Assembly: GCA_044892525.1 (NCBI GenBank)
Contig: CM097885.1
Coordinates: 44,456,001-44,520,000 of the forward strand
Length of the DNA stretch: 64,000 nt
Reading direction: 5' to 3'
Origin: Schmidtea polychroa
Lineage: Eukaryota
Of the stretch, positions 11,370 to 24,728 are shown in pieces (within the stretch, counting starts at the first letter, position 1; every line of letters begins with the position of its first letter). The position numbers were made by a program, and so were the translations under genes. The notes beneath the pieces were generated by a model. The model was not told the DNA's origin. It made no database searches and was given only the letters and a program-made list of their open reading frames with translations.

Positions 11370-12033
11370 TTATTGATGATCAAAACTGTCAAGAAATATA
11401 AAAAATATCTATAGGATTTATTCTTTTAAAAAGAAATTGTGTGTGCTGTTTGTTCTAATCCAATTTCGATTTCCTTTATTAATCTAACAAGTTGACATTG
11501 TGAAAGTATAGAATAATATACATGTTAAGATATATGTTAGATGTTCAAGGTAGGCCCGTAGATTTGTTCGTCCTAACAAACGATTATAGAACTGGGTCGA
11601 AGAGATTTAGAGTTAATATCTACAGTGAAAACCCAGCGCAGAATTAATTCCCTCATTCTTTTCACAACTCCCTACAATCCAATTCAATACAAAATCAAAA
11701 CAATTCATGTACAAACATTGATTGTATTGAACTAAAATTTTCTAGTTGAATATACTGTACATATATGATTTAATTGGACATATTTATTTATTGGAAGTTT
11801 GAAATATTTTGTTTTTATGTATGTCTTGATAATATAAAATTTTACATATGGGGAATTGGAACAATATATTATTTATTAATAATTTAAATAAACCTTTTCA
11901 ATAATAATTTAGAAACATTATGAAAGTAATAATCAATTTTATAATTATTGTATAATAATTTTCTGACAGTTGATTTATTTTTTTAGCCACACATAAAATG
12001 TCGATAGTTTTCTTTTAGTAAAACAGATGTTAA

Positions 12034-12130
12034 CATGTGCGTCCACGGGAATTTTTCCAAGGGGCGGGTGGTAAAAATATTTTTTTATCATGTAGACATT
12101 TTTTTCTAGCGGGGGAGAGAGTTGAAAAAA
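12034..12130. mobile_element. Terminal fragment of the hAT family seen at 52810-54625
   Basis: CATGTGCGTCCACGGGAATTTTTCCAAGGGG matches CATGGGCGTCCACAGGAATTTTTCCAGGGG at 52810. Confidence 0.6.
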
Positions 12131-12401
12131 ATGCATATGTATAATAAATATTTGGGGCATTATACAGAATAGGACTTTTTTCATTAATTTACAAAATAGA
12201 CCACTTTTATTTTAACCAAAACGTCAGTTAATATTGAAAGTTTTTATACCAATAAGATGATTTGAAATCATTGATTTCCAGATATAATTAATAACATGCA
12301 AAAAACAGGAAGCCTCTTTAAATAAAAAAATTTGATTAATTCTTTTTGTCTTGGGTTTTTCCAACATTGTTTGAGCGCATCTATATATATATATATATAT
12401 G

Positions 12402-13394
12402 TATTGTTGAGGTTTTAAAAGTAAATTATTAAATTACATAGTTCAGATTAAAAGGAAAACCGAAATTGAATGGCGGTCAAGCAGAGAAGCAATCGCAAAG
12501 AAAGATATGATAAAAACAGAACTATAAAAGGGTACAATCAGACACGAAATGGGAAAATGCTCAAATTTGAGGAAGTGGAATAAAGTGAAAAGTTATCGAA
12601 ATTGAAGCTGGAAAACGGGAGAAGAGTATATTAAGGGATGGTAAAGAAGACAGTGAGCAAGAAATTGTTAGAAAATGATTAGAAAGGGTTGTAAAACAGG
12701 CAAATACGAAAAAACGCAAAATATTAATTAATTAATTAATTGGCTAATGGGAAACTCGAGCTAATAGGAAGCCCGAGCCAATGAAGAACCCGGGCGATCA
12801 AGAAAACCGGAGCACGGCAATTGTGAAGGATGAACAAACGAGGAATTCAGAGGGCAATTATCCAAACAACCGGATAAACGCGGGTAAACAAAAGAAGGGT
12901 AATTACGAAGAGGGTCAACAGAAATATTAGGGAATGATAACCAAAGAAGTTAAAACCAATTAAGTCAAAAATATGGCAATTACAACGATTATGGGAGTAT
13001 ATAAGGAAACTCAAAATTCACATAACCGGCGGTAGCCTTAGGTAGGGAAGAAGAATGAGGCGATAGGAGTTCGAGGAATAAAATAAAAGAAGAAAAAGAA
13101 TTGTAAGAGGAATTGAGCAGTCAGAAAGGAATATTAAAAGAGTTCGGATCAGAAAGCAGAATCAAACAAAAGGGTGAAACTTATTTTTAAATTGTACAAA
13201 GTCAAGACCTTCCAGAGCGGAGTTTGATTGGAAATTGTGAGAAAGTTGTGGTTAACTAAAAGTGTCGTCATTTATTGAGAATTGTAAATTTTCTATAAAA
13301 CAAATATACGTTAAGAGTTGTGTTTATTAATTTTTGAAACACGTGGAGTCAGAGTAACCAACGGTTGATTTTTGATATCATAAAACCCAACGAT
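12402..13394 (+). mobile_element. Probable solo LTR next to a (TA)n tract
   Basis: Inverted termini TATTGTTGAGGTTTTA / TAAAACCCAACGATA; A-rich body with ~18-bp internal repeats (12749-12815); 3' TGGAGTCAGA motif shared with 48578 and 51646. Confidence 0.55.
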
Positions 13395-14290
13395 ATAGTG
13401 AGCAAAAAAGGTATGGAAACATGAAATAGAAATTTGTTTCTTCTTTTATTATTTTATTCTGCGAATGTACTATCTGAAGGTACAATCAGTGAACCAATGG
13501 ATGGAAATTTCAACATTCTTTTCGTAATTTATTTAAAATAAATTCCAAATTTTAATCAAATAAGTATGGAAACATTTTTTATTTTTTGTTCTAATGAATA
13601 AATATTGAGTGAATGACAATCAAAACAAGAATTTACACAAAAATAATAATAATTATCTTGTAGGATATCGATCAGATTCCAAAACTGCCTGACAACGACG
13701 TGGTATTAAGTCCACAACGTGCTCACAAATGCTAACGGAAATCTCAGATCAAATTTCCTGAAGTTTCTCATACAACTTATTCGCGCTCGATAAATGTTTA
13801 GATCTAATACGTCTTCTCATTTCATCCCAAAGATGTTCGATTGGATTAAGGTCCGGAGATTGTGATGATCATTTCAAGACATTGACATTTTTCTTCATGA
13901 ACTACTCTTGTAGGACTTTGAGGAATGGTTCTGATCGTTGTCCTGTTGAAATCTCCATGTATGAGGCATTCTTACCTTGGCATATGGCAACATTACCTTT
14001 TTAAGGATATCATGGTACACAAATCTGTATATGTTGCCGGTGATCTGTGTTAGTGGGCCAGTTCCAGATCTCGAGAAAACTCTCCAAACGAAAAAATTGC
14101 CACCTTCATACTTGACAGTTGGTTTTTGGTGCAGAGGATTGTACTTTTCTCGATTAGGGTGCCAAACTTTGCATCGACTATCGAAACTAAAAAGGTTCAA
14201 TTTTGATTCATCCGAGCAGAGTACAGTAGACAATTGCTGTGTAGCCAATGTACTTTTTGGCAATTCTTTCCCGACGAAACATAACAGAAA
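13395..14290 (-). mobile_element. Tc1-like transposon, 5'-truncated and degenerate
   Basis: VLCSDESKLNLF, FQQDNDQNH and QSPDLNPIEHLW motifs; TIR (C/T)AGTGAGCAAAAAAGGTATGGAAACATG at 13395; same family as 62145-63081. Confidence 0.9.
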
Positions 14291-14496
14291 CATTTCCCCT
14301 TTAAAATTAATTAACTTTTAAATATTATTTTTATTTGATTTTTCTATTTATTATTATAAATATTAAACATTTTATGAAATTGAAGTGCAAACTGAAATCA
14401 TTTTAATTGTTTAAACTTTCCAAATATTAATATTAGGAACTTCAAAAATATATTCTTGAAAATATTATTTAAATTAAATTTTTGTTCATTAATCGT

Positions 14497-16017
14497 ATGA
14501 AAAATATTAATAAAGGTTTTCAAAATTTTAAAGCGAAAATAATATCATTAATTTCAAGCAAAAAACCAGTCATGATACATTTTAGATGCCGAGAGGAGTT
14601 TTATCCAAGGGAAAAAGATGTTTTATAATACTTTCCTATTTCTAATTAAAAGCCAATTTAGGTGAAGAGATTTCCTATCAACGATAAACAAGTTCCATGG
14701 AATGTTAATGTACCCGACTACCAACCAACAGTATTTACTGCAGAAAAAATTTTGAATTCTGATTTAACGGATGTGGATCTTTTGTTAGTGAAAATTATTA
14801 ATAAAACGTGAATCAATTAAACAATAGATCAAATCCAACACCAAACATATTATTTAATGTAATTGATGGAAAAATTGACCGCCGAAGTTTCAATGGTGTT
14901 TATGAAGTGATAGACGGGCTTCCTAGAAATCCAGTCGGACGAACTGGAATTCGTGGAAGAGGATGTTTATATTATTGGGGTCCGAATCACGCTGCTGATC
15001 CAGTTGTTACTACGTGAATATTTATATTTGTTTTTCGATACTTTAATCGACCAGTCATCAGGTGGAAAAGAGACGAAAATGGATGTATAGTTACTCACCC
15101 AGATACTGATTTACCAATATTGAAATTTGTTGGTATATTTAGAAAACATGACCACGAATGGGCACTGCCTGGGGTAAAATGTTCATTATATTAAATTCTT
15201 TCGATAGGGTGGGGGACGAAGGGGGGCTTTCTTCATAATAAGGATTATGGACAAGAGGAAGGGATATTAATGTAAAATTTGTAATAGAAGTGATTTCTAA
15301 GCATTCAAATTCATATTATATCAATTTGGTTGCTTCAGATTTTGATATTAATATAAATTTAACTTAACGACTGTTGCTAAGATCTAGTTAAAGAAATTAT
15401 TTTTAACCGTATTATATGAATTGACTTAATTGCTAACAATAACTTGACTGTTATATTCACCATTTGTGCTCTACATAAATAATATGATTTCCATGTTTAT
15501 ATAATGACGTGAATGAATACAATTATTGATCGGATCATTGACTCCAGGGAATGGTAGATCCGGGCGAGAAAATCACCGCAACTATCAAAAGAGAATTCTC
15601 CGAAGAAGCGCTGAATACATTAATTAAAACAAATCAGGAAAAGAAAATTCTCTATGAAAAAATCGATTCACTGTTTGTCGATGGGAGAATTGTAAAGCTA
15701 ATTAATCTGTGTTCATGTAGCCTTTATCGATCGTTGAGATATAGATTTACCAGGGATATGTCGATGATCCTAGAAACACGGATAATGCATGGATGGAGAC
15801 AGTCGCTATGAATTTCCATGATAAGGATGGCGACAGTCTAGCACAGATCAAACTGGAAGCCGGTAAGTGATTATTAGAGCATTCAATCACAATATAGAAA
15901 CTAGGAGATGATGCTGTTGGCATTCGGTGGATAGAATTGGATAAAGATCTGAAGCTTTATGCCAGTCATTTGAGCATATTAAAGGAACTGGTAAAGATAC
16001 ACGGAGCTCATTGGTAG
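14497..16017 (+). CDS. NUDT9: ADP-ribose pyrophosphatase NUDT9, 305 aa (280 aa from ATG 14572); exons 14497-14619, 14662-14783, 14828-15013, 15062-15173, 15548-15691, 15745-15862, 15905-16017
   Basis: [43 protein letters not shown] (NUDT9-type Nudix box), [25 protein letters not shown]; all introns GT-AG (42, 44, 48, 374, 53, 42 bp) with consistent phases. Confidence 0.95.
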
Positions 16018-16190
16018 CATTTAAACTCGTTCGGATAAACGGGAAAAAACTAAATATTTATATTTCTCATACTGCTATCTTTAATTTTTTATTTATATAT
16101 TTCTAAATTTCTCAATTATATTATAACCAATTCCAATTGAATATGTTTTCTCTTCAAAAACAAAATTTCGTAATTTATCATTATTTATTA

Positions 16191-16514
16191 GGGGTTATTG
16201 GGAAATTACGTCACGCCAAAATGACAATTTTTGACCCACCACCACCCACCCGGTCACTTTTGGTCACATTTCTGTTGATCCACCGCCATAGTGCAGTCAT
16301 TTTATTGTTCACAAAATGAGGGTAGCCCAATGGTAGCATGCGGCCCTCTATACTGCTTGGGAGCTTGCTGTTGCAGCAATAATTGCTAGTCATCGTTGTC
16401 TAGTCAAAGTATCAGCATCACTGTAGCATAGTAGCAGAGGAAGATTGTTGCAATAATAATTCTTGTGGTCCATAAAATACAATTAGCGTGACGTCACATT
16501 CAGCTTATGACCCC
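16191..16514. mobile_element. PIF/Harbinger-like MITE
   Basis: TIR GGGGTTAT / ATGACCCC with 3-bp TTA TSD on both sides. Confidence 0.65.
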
Positions 16515-18232
16515 TTAATATTTTTCATTTTTACAATTGATGGAGTTGTAAAATTAAAATTATTTTAAAAGGTTTTTGATTTCTAGTAAAATGAAAATTA
16601 TCAACAACAAAAATGGTGTAATTTGAATTGAAAGGCATAGAATGCGAAATTACAGAAAATCAATAAATTATCAAATTCGAAGTTGAGGGAACGGGCCAGA
16701 TATCGATTAGACAATGATGATGAATTTGTCAGACTACGTTTAGAAAGTCAAAAAGCAATGAAATTTGAATAAAATATAAAAATGTTGATTAATGATCCCA
16801 TTACCTCCCACTGTACTCACGTGGGTATACTTGTTAAAGATGTAATTTCATGTTTTTCTATAATAATTATCCTGGAAGTAGTGACCAATTTCAACAATAG
16901 ATGGCACTAGTAGTCTACGAAAAAATTCAATATGGCGGCATTGCAATAATTACCGCCATTAATGTCAGTTTGTTTGTAAATATTTCTTTTTGGGCGTAAA
17001 TGGATTAAGGAAACCCCAAGTTTTGTAAACAACAAGAAAAGTAAACAAAAGGGATTTCGGAATCGATTATCGTGGAAGTGTGATAAATGAGAACAAGAAA
17101 AAAGATTATCATAAGCACGGTGCGTGGCATGGTAATTAATTATTTTTCTATAGCAAGAACACGAGCAAAGGCTAGTAAGTGAAGATTGTCGAACAGGTGC
17201 GATTTGGTCAGAAGATCATTAATCAAAGGGATTATTTCTATTGCATAAGAATAGTCGAAATCGTAAGCCACTAATATTTTGCTTCAGGTAGGTAAAAAGA
17301 AAACGAGAATAGGTCTAACGAACATAACAGACTTAATTCAATTAAGTTAATAGCAAAATTAGAGAGGACAAAAATGGATAAGTCAAATGGAGAATAATTG
17401 GATCATTAAAAGATGATTATTATAAAGTATATGGATCCAAAATATTTGGGTTGTTATCGAAAAATGGAATATCAAATATACTTAAAGAGTTGTTCTTACA
17501 TAGTTAATTGTTGCAATCAAGAAGACGAAGAAAGTACTTTATTAATCACACAATATATATTGAAATTACCGCAACTTATTATGTTACACTCTGAAGTGTT
17601 GATTTCAGTGTTGCATAACAATCTCACAGTTATGCGTCAAATTCATAACAAGAGTGTTGCTATTTTCTATTGAATATTAAACAGCATGATGAGTCTGAAA
17701 TACTGGCTGCTTATTAGTTTCGTTATAAACACAACATAATCATTTATATTGTTATATTAATTTTAATGTGATTAGTCATTTATATATTGTCATTTATATA
17801 TTCGTACTTTATTTTCGAGCGCCGTACTTTAAAATGTCCTTTATTACACTATTTACTGTTGCGTCACAGGTAATCAAATGTTTTATCCTGTCGTGCTGTT
17901 TCCAGTGTAACCCATAATACAATAATGTGTTACCACTTGATACCCGTTGAGTGATCAACGTTGGTGATGTATCAAGGGTTTGAGTACTAGCAAAAAGTGA
18001 GCATACCATTGTATACTATAATTGTCAGACACTCGCATGGGTTCGCGGTTTGCCAATAGAAGGCATGTGTCCGGATTTCCTTTAGGTCACTACTTCTACA
18101 TTTACGGTGAGATCTCTCTTGGATAACTGACACTAAAAATTTCTTAACTACCCGAATAGATTTATTTATTTTACGATAATCATTAAACTATTACATAAAG
18201 TTTTGTGACGTCTGATTCTGGGTCTGAATCGG

Positions 18233-18604
18233 CTAGGCATGCATTTTTAGCCGGGCGCGCTCGGTTTTTCCTAGACGTTTTCGTTTAGGAGTGATCTTCC
18301 GTTGTTTGGCGACCTCCGTCAATTCAGCCGCCACCGGTCTGACTTGGTTGATCACAGCTCGATCGATTACTGATTGGTTTTCTTGAGTTTCTAGCTGCCG
18401 GACTCGTAACCAAAGTGCTTTTATCTCCACCTGATCTTGAGCAGCCTGGAGTTGTCGTATCAACCTTATGTGCTTGTTCATTTCCGTGGGGCTGAACCAG
18501 GTGCTCTCATGTTCCAGACATAGCCGCTTGAATTTGTCGATTCGCCTACGCAATTCTTTGTTCTGTTTTAGCACTGCTTCTTTGTCCACACACAGGTTCT
18601 CCAT
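18233..18604 (-). CDS. 123-aa intronless coiled-coil ORF with basic C-terminus, probably part of a mobile or viral element
   Basis: ATG-initiated open ORF, higher GC than the host, heptad-like N-terminal half, PKRKR at the C-terminus; flanked by decayed ORFs on the same strand. Confidence 0.4.
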   Translation of the reverse strand: MENLCVDKEAVLKQNKELRRRIDKFKRLCLEHESTWFSPTEMNKHIRLIRQLQAAQDQVEIKALWLRVRQLETQENQSVIDRAVINQVRPVAAELTEVAKQRKITPKRKRLGKTERARLKMHA

Positions 18605-21600
18605 TAACTGTATCAGTGAATGATAAATGGGAATAAGAGATAATTCATTTAAATTCGAAGCTATTAATTTCTATATCCTTAGTTGGTTTATTTTTGTCAT
18701 AAAAATTTATGAAATTTTTTTTGTGTCTTTGAGTTATCGTCACCGCTTTCCATGTTAGCTCAATCATTTTTTATTACTACAATTCATTTATACTAACGTA
18801 CAATTTTAATCAATCCTTTCCGCTTCATATTAGTGTAGATGATTTTAGTTTGCTTCAACTGATTTCTGAAACTCTGGATTGATTTACCTTTACGTAAACA
18901 CTGATAAATCTCGTTTACTAAATTTTGACCCTTCATTTGGTGTAGATAATCTGTTATTTCAGTTAATTCCTAGTATTGCTATTTGATTTAGTTAGCGTCA
19001 ATATTGATGACTCTTTATTTTAGCATAGATGATTTTAGGTTATTCCCACAAATTTTATTTACTTCTCATTGATTGATTTTAACATTAGTAGTGATGAATC
19101 TTTTGCCATTTATTTTAGTATAGGTGGTTTAAGTTGTTGTTACCAAATTGATCTATTTTAAAGTAAATATTAACAAAGTAATTGCTCTTTATCGGGATGT
19201 AGATTTTATGTTAACTTTTCCCCATAGTGTAGGAATTTAAAATATTTTATCTGTTAGTTACTTCCATAGTTTAGTATGAGTTGCCATAATATGCTATCAG
19301 CCTAGTCGATACCGCATTTCACTAAAGATTGTTAGAGTTGTAGTTTACAATAGATTAGTCAAATTGAAGGTTCTGAAGTCCGGGTTGGTAATCATTTTAG
19401 TTCTTGTATTTGCAGGTTGTGGACCTTATATCATAGTATAGATGCCGGATTGGTTGGGATCTCGTGTCAACAACGGGAGTCTCAGTCAATCTCCCTAGAA
19501 TTTAGAGTCTAGATCAGGAGTCGGCAAATGGTCGATCGCGTAATGATTTCAAATCGATCGATAAGTACTTGAAAATTTTTTTTTCTGTGTGTATAAAAAT
19601 ACTCTTTTTAAATTTAAAAAGGTTACGTTACGTTCATCTGTGGCGGGGAGAACCACGTTCCTTTGTATAAATCTATACGTTTTTTGAGAGCCCCGATATA
19701 GAGGTGCAGTTGTGCAATATCCGCGTTCTTGTCTGCACAAGAAAAACACGGGCGAAGCTCCTTGTTAGTGTTGGACGTTGTAGACATCTAAAGGTCAAGA
19801 AGTTTTTATTTTAATCCGTAAAATTATTCGCGTGAGATTTATGAATCCGAATGTGGGTTCGACAATCCTACCACTCATTACACTCAGTGACGATTATGTC
19901 ATTGTCAACATTCATACACATTTACCCTCAAACGTTCACGTTGATCCACCCAATCCATGCAAATTAAAAAAAGAAAAACGGAAATTCTCAAAAACAATTG
20001 ATTTAATATAACTTCGACTTTAGGTTTACTTTTCGGGTTGGACAATTCCCATCTAATATCCTTTCATTAATTCATTGATATCAATTTTATCATCTTTATG
20101 TCGTTTGTTATTTCCTAACTATTATATTTCTACTCCTCTGGCTGTTATGCCTCATTTAATTGCACGTACGCGGGTTTACGCAGGTGTAGTTCCATGTTAT
20201 CGATGCCTCTTTGCGCTGTATTAAGCCTGAACAGGTCTATAAAGGAATAGAAAATATATTGATTTAATTTTTATTATAAATCATAATTTAATTATTTTGA
20301 ATCCGGCGCTATCAATATCGTCATAGTGACGCCTATCGGTGTGTAATTAAGTTTAAATTTCATCGTCTATGTATGCTGGTGAATGACATTATTTTTGTTG
20401 AGAGGTGTGTTTTGCCGGACTAAAGCGTCATCATGTATTATTGGGCAATCTGGCAGTTTTATTCTGTTAAGACGACGTACTCCCGCTGTTCGTTTGCACA
20501 TGTAGCCTAGCTTCCTTACCTTATGCTATTACGTAATAGTGACAGCAATCCATTCACTAAATGCGAGCTACCCAAGGCACCGAGGTGTCATTGTGTGCAT
20601 TAATCAGTAGATGCGGCATTGCCGACGGATTTTTCCAGACAAGTAGGAATTTCAGACGGAATTGCAGAAAATATTTACTGTTTCAATTTCGTGGATTAAT
20701 TTTTAATTCACCGAAGGAGCATTTGTTTGGTGCATGTGTGTATCGTTATGTTTACAAATCATGACATTCGGCATCCCTGTCAGCTTTCGCAGATAGACAG
20801 AAGGAGTGGTCGGAGAGATAAAAGAAAATTGATTGTTATGAGTGTGTGGGCCACTTATTATTCTATCGGATAAAATTGATTCTACCATCAGATTTTTGTT
20901 CTCACGATGTTGACTCGCGATAAATGCTATCGTCTCGTTCACTCGATGGCCTCCACTCGTAATCTATGCTCTTGATGTCCTACTCGGATATTACTGACTG
21001 TCTGCGGTAATTAATTCTAGTCTTAGTGGAAACGAATAGATGATTACTCGATAATGTCGACGATAATTTCTTCCAGGCTACGGTAATCATTTTGAGTCAT
21101 TATCAAGAGATGTTTAAATTTTTGTCTAGGTTGGCTTACTATTGCTAATAACGACTTGTCAAAATTGATCGCCGAGTCTACTCAGAGCTCATAGAAGATT
21201 TGAGACTATGGATTTATTCGCTAATGCCCTGGTGACGCAAATCTTTGGAAGAAAACTTAATTAATATGGCATTCGATGAAAAAACAAACGTTGAAATTTC
21301 TCATGGATTTCGAAAGTAACGTTCCCTCCTGACGGAATATTCAGACAATCTCATCCCGTAATGAAAGAAGATTTGATTCTAAATCGAAGATTCTCAACAA
21401 ACGCGATTGGATATAGTGCTGATGATATCTCAAGTTGTATTCCTTCTGTATTTCTCAGTCAATTTATTGTCGGCATCAAACTATATGATTTCAAGCGTTC
21501 CATAGGAATTTTTCAACGACGAACGTGGTGGATCTCACTCGATGAAGGAAGTTTCGCAGCAGAACTACGCCTCTCGCTAGATGTCCTCACCCCTCCTGAC

Positions 21601-22128
21601 CCACCCAAGAACGGCATACATTTCTGCCACCGCTCTTAGACCGTCAGAAAGGACAAATTCATCTCTTCAATCAATATCCATCGAATATAACGTAACTGAT
21701 TATTGCAGAAAAATAGAATAATGTAATAAATAAATCAACTCAGGCTAAAACATGATTGCTAAATGAAAAATTATTTACCTGGCGACCACGCCGTTTGAGT
21801 CTCGGATATGATGCCTCACGATGATACTCATTGTACCTCAAATATTCGGATCGCATAACACTCTATTCCGTATAAATCTTCGGTTAGCTCTAATAATTCA
21901 AGCTCCCCATATCCTGGCATTTGCGCCCGTGCGCTCTCTTCGGTATTCCCCCATAATTCGGCCGCATCATATCCGATCTCCAGACGACACCGTCGCCAGC
22001 ACCATAAAGAACATTTTTGTACTTAAAACTTTTATTGAAATAAAATATTGTTATCATTCATTATCATATATTAAATCATCACATAATAGAAATTTATCAT
22101 CCAAAATTCAACACAACTTACCAAACTT

Positions 22129-22878
22129 TTGAAAGTGTTGAAAATTTAAAATGCTCAAGTCTCGAATCAAATCGGTTTTCTTCGGTTTAGGTAGTCCTCG
22201 TTAAATTGTAAGTCTTGGTGGTATTCAGTATACTGCTATCTAGTCCTGTAAGAGTGGTGTGAACGTAGTTCCTGTAGAGTTTGGTTAAAAAGTGGTAAAA
22301 AATAAAAATTTTACCTGTAGAGTTTGGTTAAAAAGTGGTACTCTACAGATTTTTCGCGTTTCTTTTATATTATTTTTCGTCCAATCAGGACACGCTTGGT
22401 TTGTAATTTTATTATTTATTATTATTTATGTTTTTTATTATAATATACTGGATTTTAACGACTTTACTTATTTTTTATTATTATTTTATTATTTTCTTAT
22501 TTTTTATTGTTTTTCTTCTATTTTCCTATGGATTTATTACTATTTTGTTGTAATATAATTTTTTTGTTTTAATTAGTCTACGCATTTATTTAGAAATGGT
22601 TTTATTTTTATTTTATTTCTTTAATTTCTCGTTTATTTTCTTAAATTTTTGCTATTTATTTTCCTTTTATTGTTATGCTTATTGGGTAATTTCCTTTTTG
22701 TCCTATTTTCCATCTTAAAAGTTTTATTATTTTATTAGTTATTCCTATCTCTTTTATTGTTATTTGGTTTATTTATTCTTATATTTCTCTGTAGTTTTCT
22801 GTAAAATTTATTTTTATCTATTTTATTTCTTTGTGTGGTCCCTTTCCTCATCCTTGACTTGATTTTCAACACTTTCAA
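22129..22878. mobile_element. Probable solo LTR (750 bp) nested in the hAT
   Basis: 17-bp terminal inverted repeat TTGAAAGTGTTGAAAAT / ATTTTCAACACTTTCAA; 5-bp TSD AACTT (22124-22128, 22879-22883); strongly strand-biased body. Confidence 0.7.
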
Positions 22879-23036
22879 AACTTGGCCCAACAGTAGGCTT
22901 GTGTTTTTGTTCTTAAAAAAAGTAAACGAGATTAAAGTTTTTTTTTGTTTAGTTTTAAGTACAATGTTAAAGAGTGAGTTGAGAATTTAAATTAAAACTA
23001 ATTTATTATATAAAATTATTTTAAAAAAATTATGAA

Positions 23037-24728
23037 ATGAGTGAGGATGGAACCGTGGTGAAAAAAAGAAAAAACTATCATTTCCATGAAGAATGGGAGT
23101 TAGAGTTTTTTTTATATATGTTAATTAGAAATGTATTTGCTTGATTTGCAACTCCAGCGTTGCAATATGTAAAAGACGAAACCTTGAAAGACATTTCAAC
23201 ACGAAACAATAAAATGAAAGCACAAGATTTCCTCTTAATAGTGAAATCAGAAAGAAGAAGGTTGAGGATCTTAAAAAAGTCTAAAATGGTGAATATTTAA
23301 AAAAAGCATTCTTAGAAGCTGGCGATTCTTTGTTCGACCATTTCAAAAACAAATCTGACATTATGACAGCTATAGCTTCACTGCAATTATCAGCTAAAAC
23401 TGTCACGTGTCTTGTAGACTCGATGGCTTCTGATACATTTATTCAGTTAAAAACCGATCTAAATACGTGTTCTTATTTTTCGTTGCAAATTGATGAAAGT
23501 TTAGATGTGGTTGATAAAGCTCAGTTGGTGTTTAACACTTTCGACGTGAGAGAAGAACTTTTAAAAATATTAACCCTTGAAGGACATTCATGTGGCCAGG
23601 ATATTTATCAAATCGTTAAGGATTTCATGGATGAAAATAATATATCTTTGGATAAATTGCTAATTATCACTACTGATGGAGCTCCATCATTAACTGGTAT
23701 GCATAAAGGTTTTATTGCATTATGTAAAAAAGATCAAAAATATCCTGAATTCATAAGTTATCACTGTATAATACATCAGCAAGCCCTTTGTGCTAAATTT
23801 TAGAACATGAATTCTGTTAGGGAACTTGTAGTCAAAATTAGTAATTCTATAAGAGGAAAATCCCTGCAAAGATGTTTATTTAAAGGACTAACCGACGAGC
23901 TCGATCGTCAATATGGTGATCTGTTATTACATACAGAAGCTCGTTGGCTAAGTGAGGGAAAAATTTAAAGCGTTTTAGAAAATTGTTACCACAAATAAGT
24001 TTATTTTTGAAAGGACGTGATCAGGAGCTAAGCAATGTTTAATGGCTTAGAGATCTTGCGTTTCTTACTGATATTACGGCGAAGTTAAATGACTTGAATG
24101 TAGATCTGCAAGGGAAAGATAAAAATATAATGCACATGATAAGTGCAGTGCAATGTTTTAGCCAAAAATTAATCCTGTGGAAAATGAACCTAATACAAAA
24201 TGATTTAAAACACTTTCCTAATTTAAAAGAAGAGATTAATAATAGTTCAACTCCTTTTTCCTGTGAAAGTTATTTACCAATTGTTAGTAGTTTAATAGAA
24301 GAGTTTAAAAAACGCTTCGCAGATTTCCGCAAGATCGAACCAATTGTGAAATTTATTATGTATCCTTTCGTAAATATTAATATCGAAACTCTCTCGGAAG
24401 TTATTAATAACCAATTTGGATATGATAAAGCACAGCTAGAAATGGAATTGATTTCAAAACAAAATGATATAGAGTTGAGTTGCGAATTTTCTAAAAATCA
24501 ATTGGAATTTTGAAGCCATGTAACACCGAATCAGTATCCATTTTTAAGAGATGTTGCATTAAAAATATCTTGCCTCTTTGTGTGTATCCATATTTTCAAA
24601 TATGAAATAAATATCGAACAAAACTTACCAATAAAAATCTGGATAATTGTTTAAGATTGGCTGTTACAAACTATTCTCCGGATATGAAGAAACTATTGGA
24701 TGAAAACCAATTCCATTCATTACATTAA
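23037..24728 (+). pseudogene. hAT transposase (GTF2IRD2/Buster-like), frameshifted
   Basis: KKRKNYHFHEEWE, CLIC, FSLQIDES, ITTDGAPS, YHCIIHQQALC, EARWLS and LAFLTD motifs across several frames. Confidence 0.9.
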
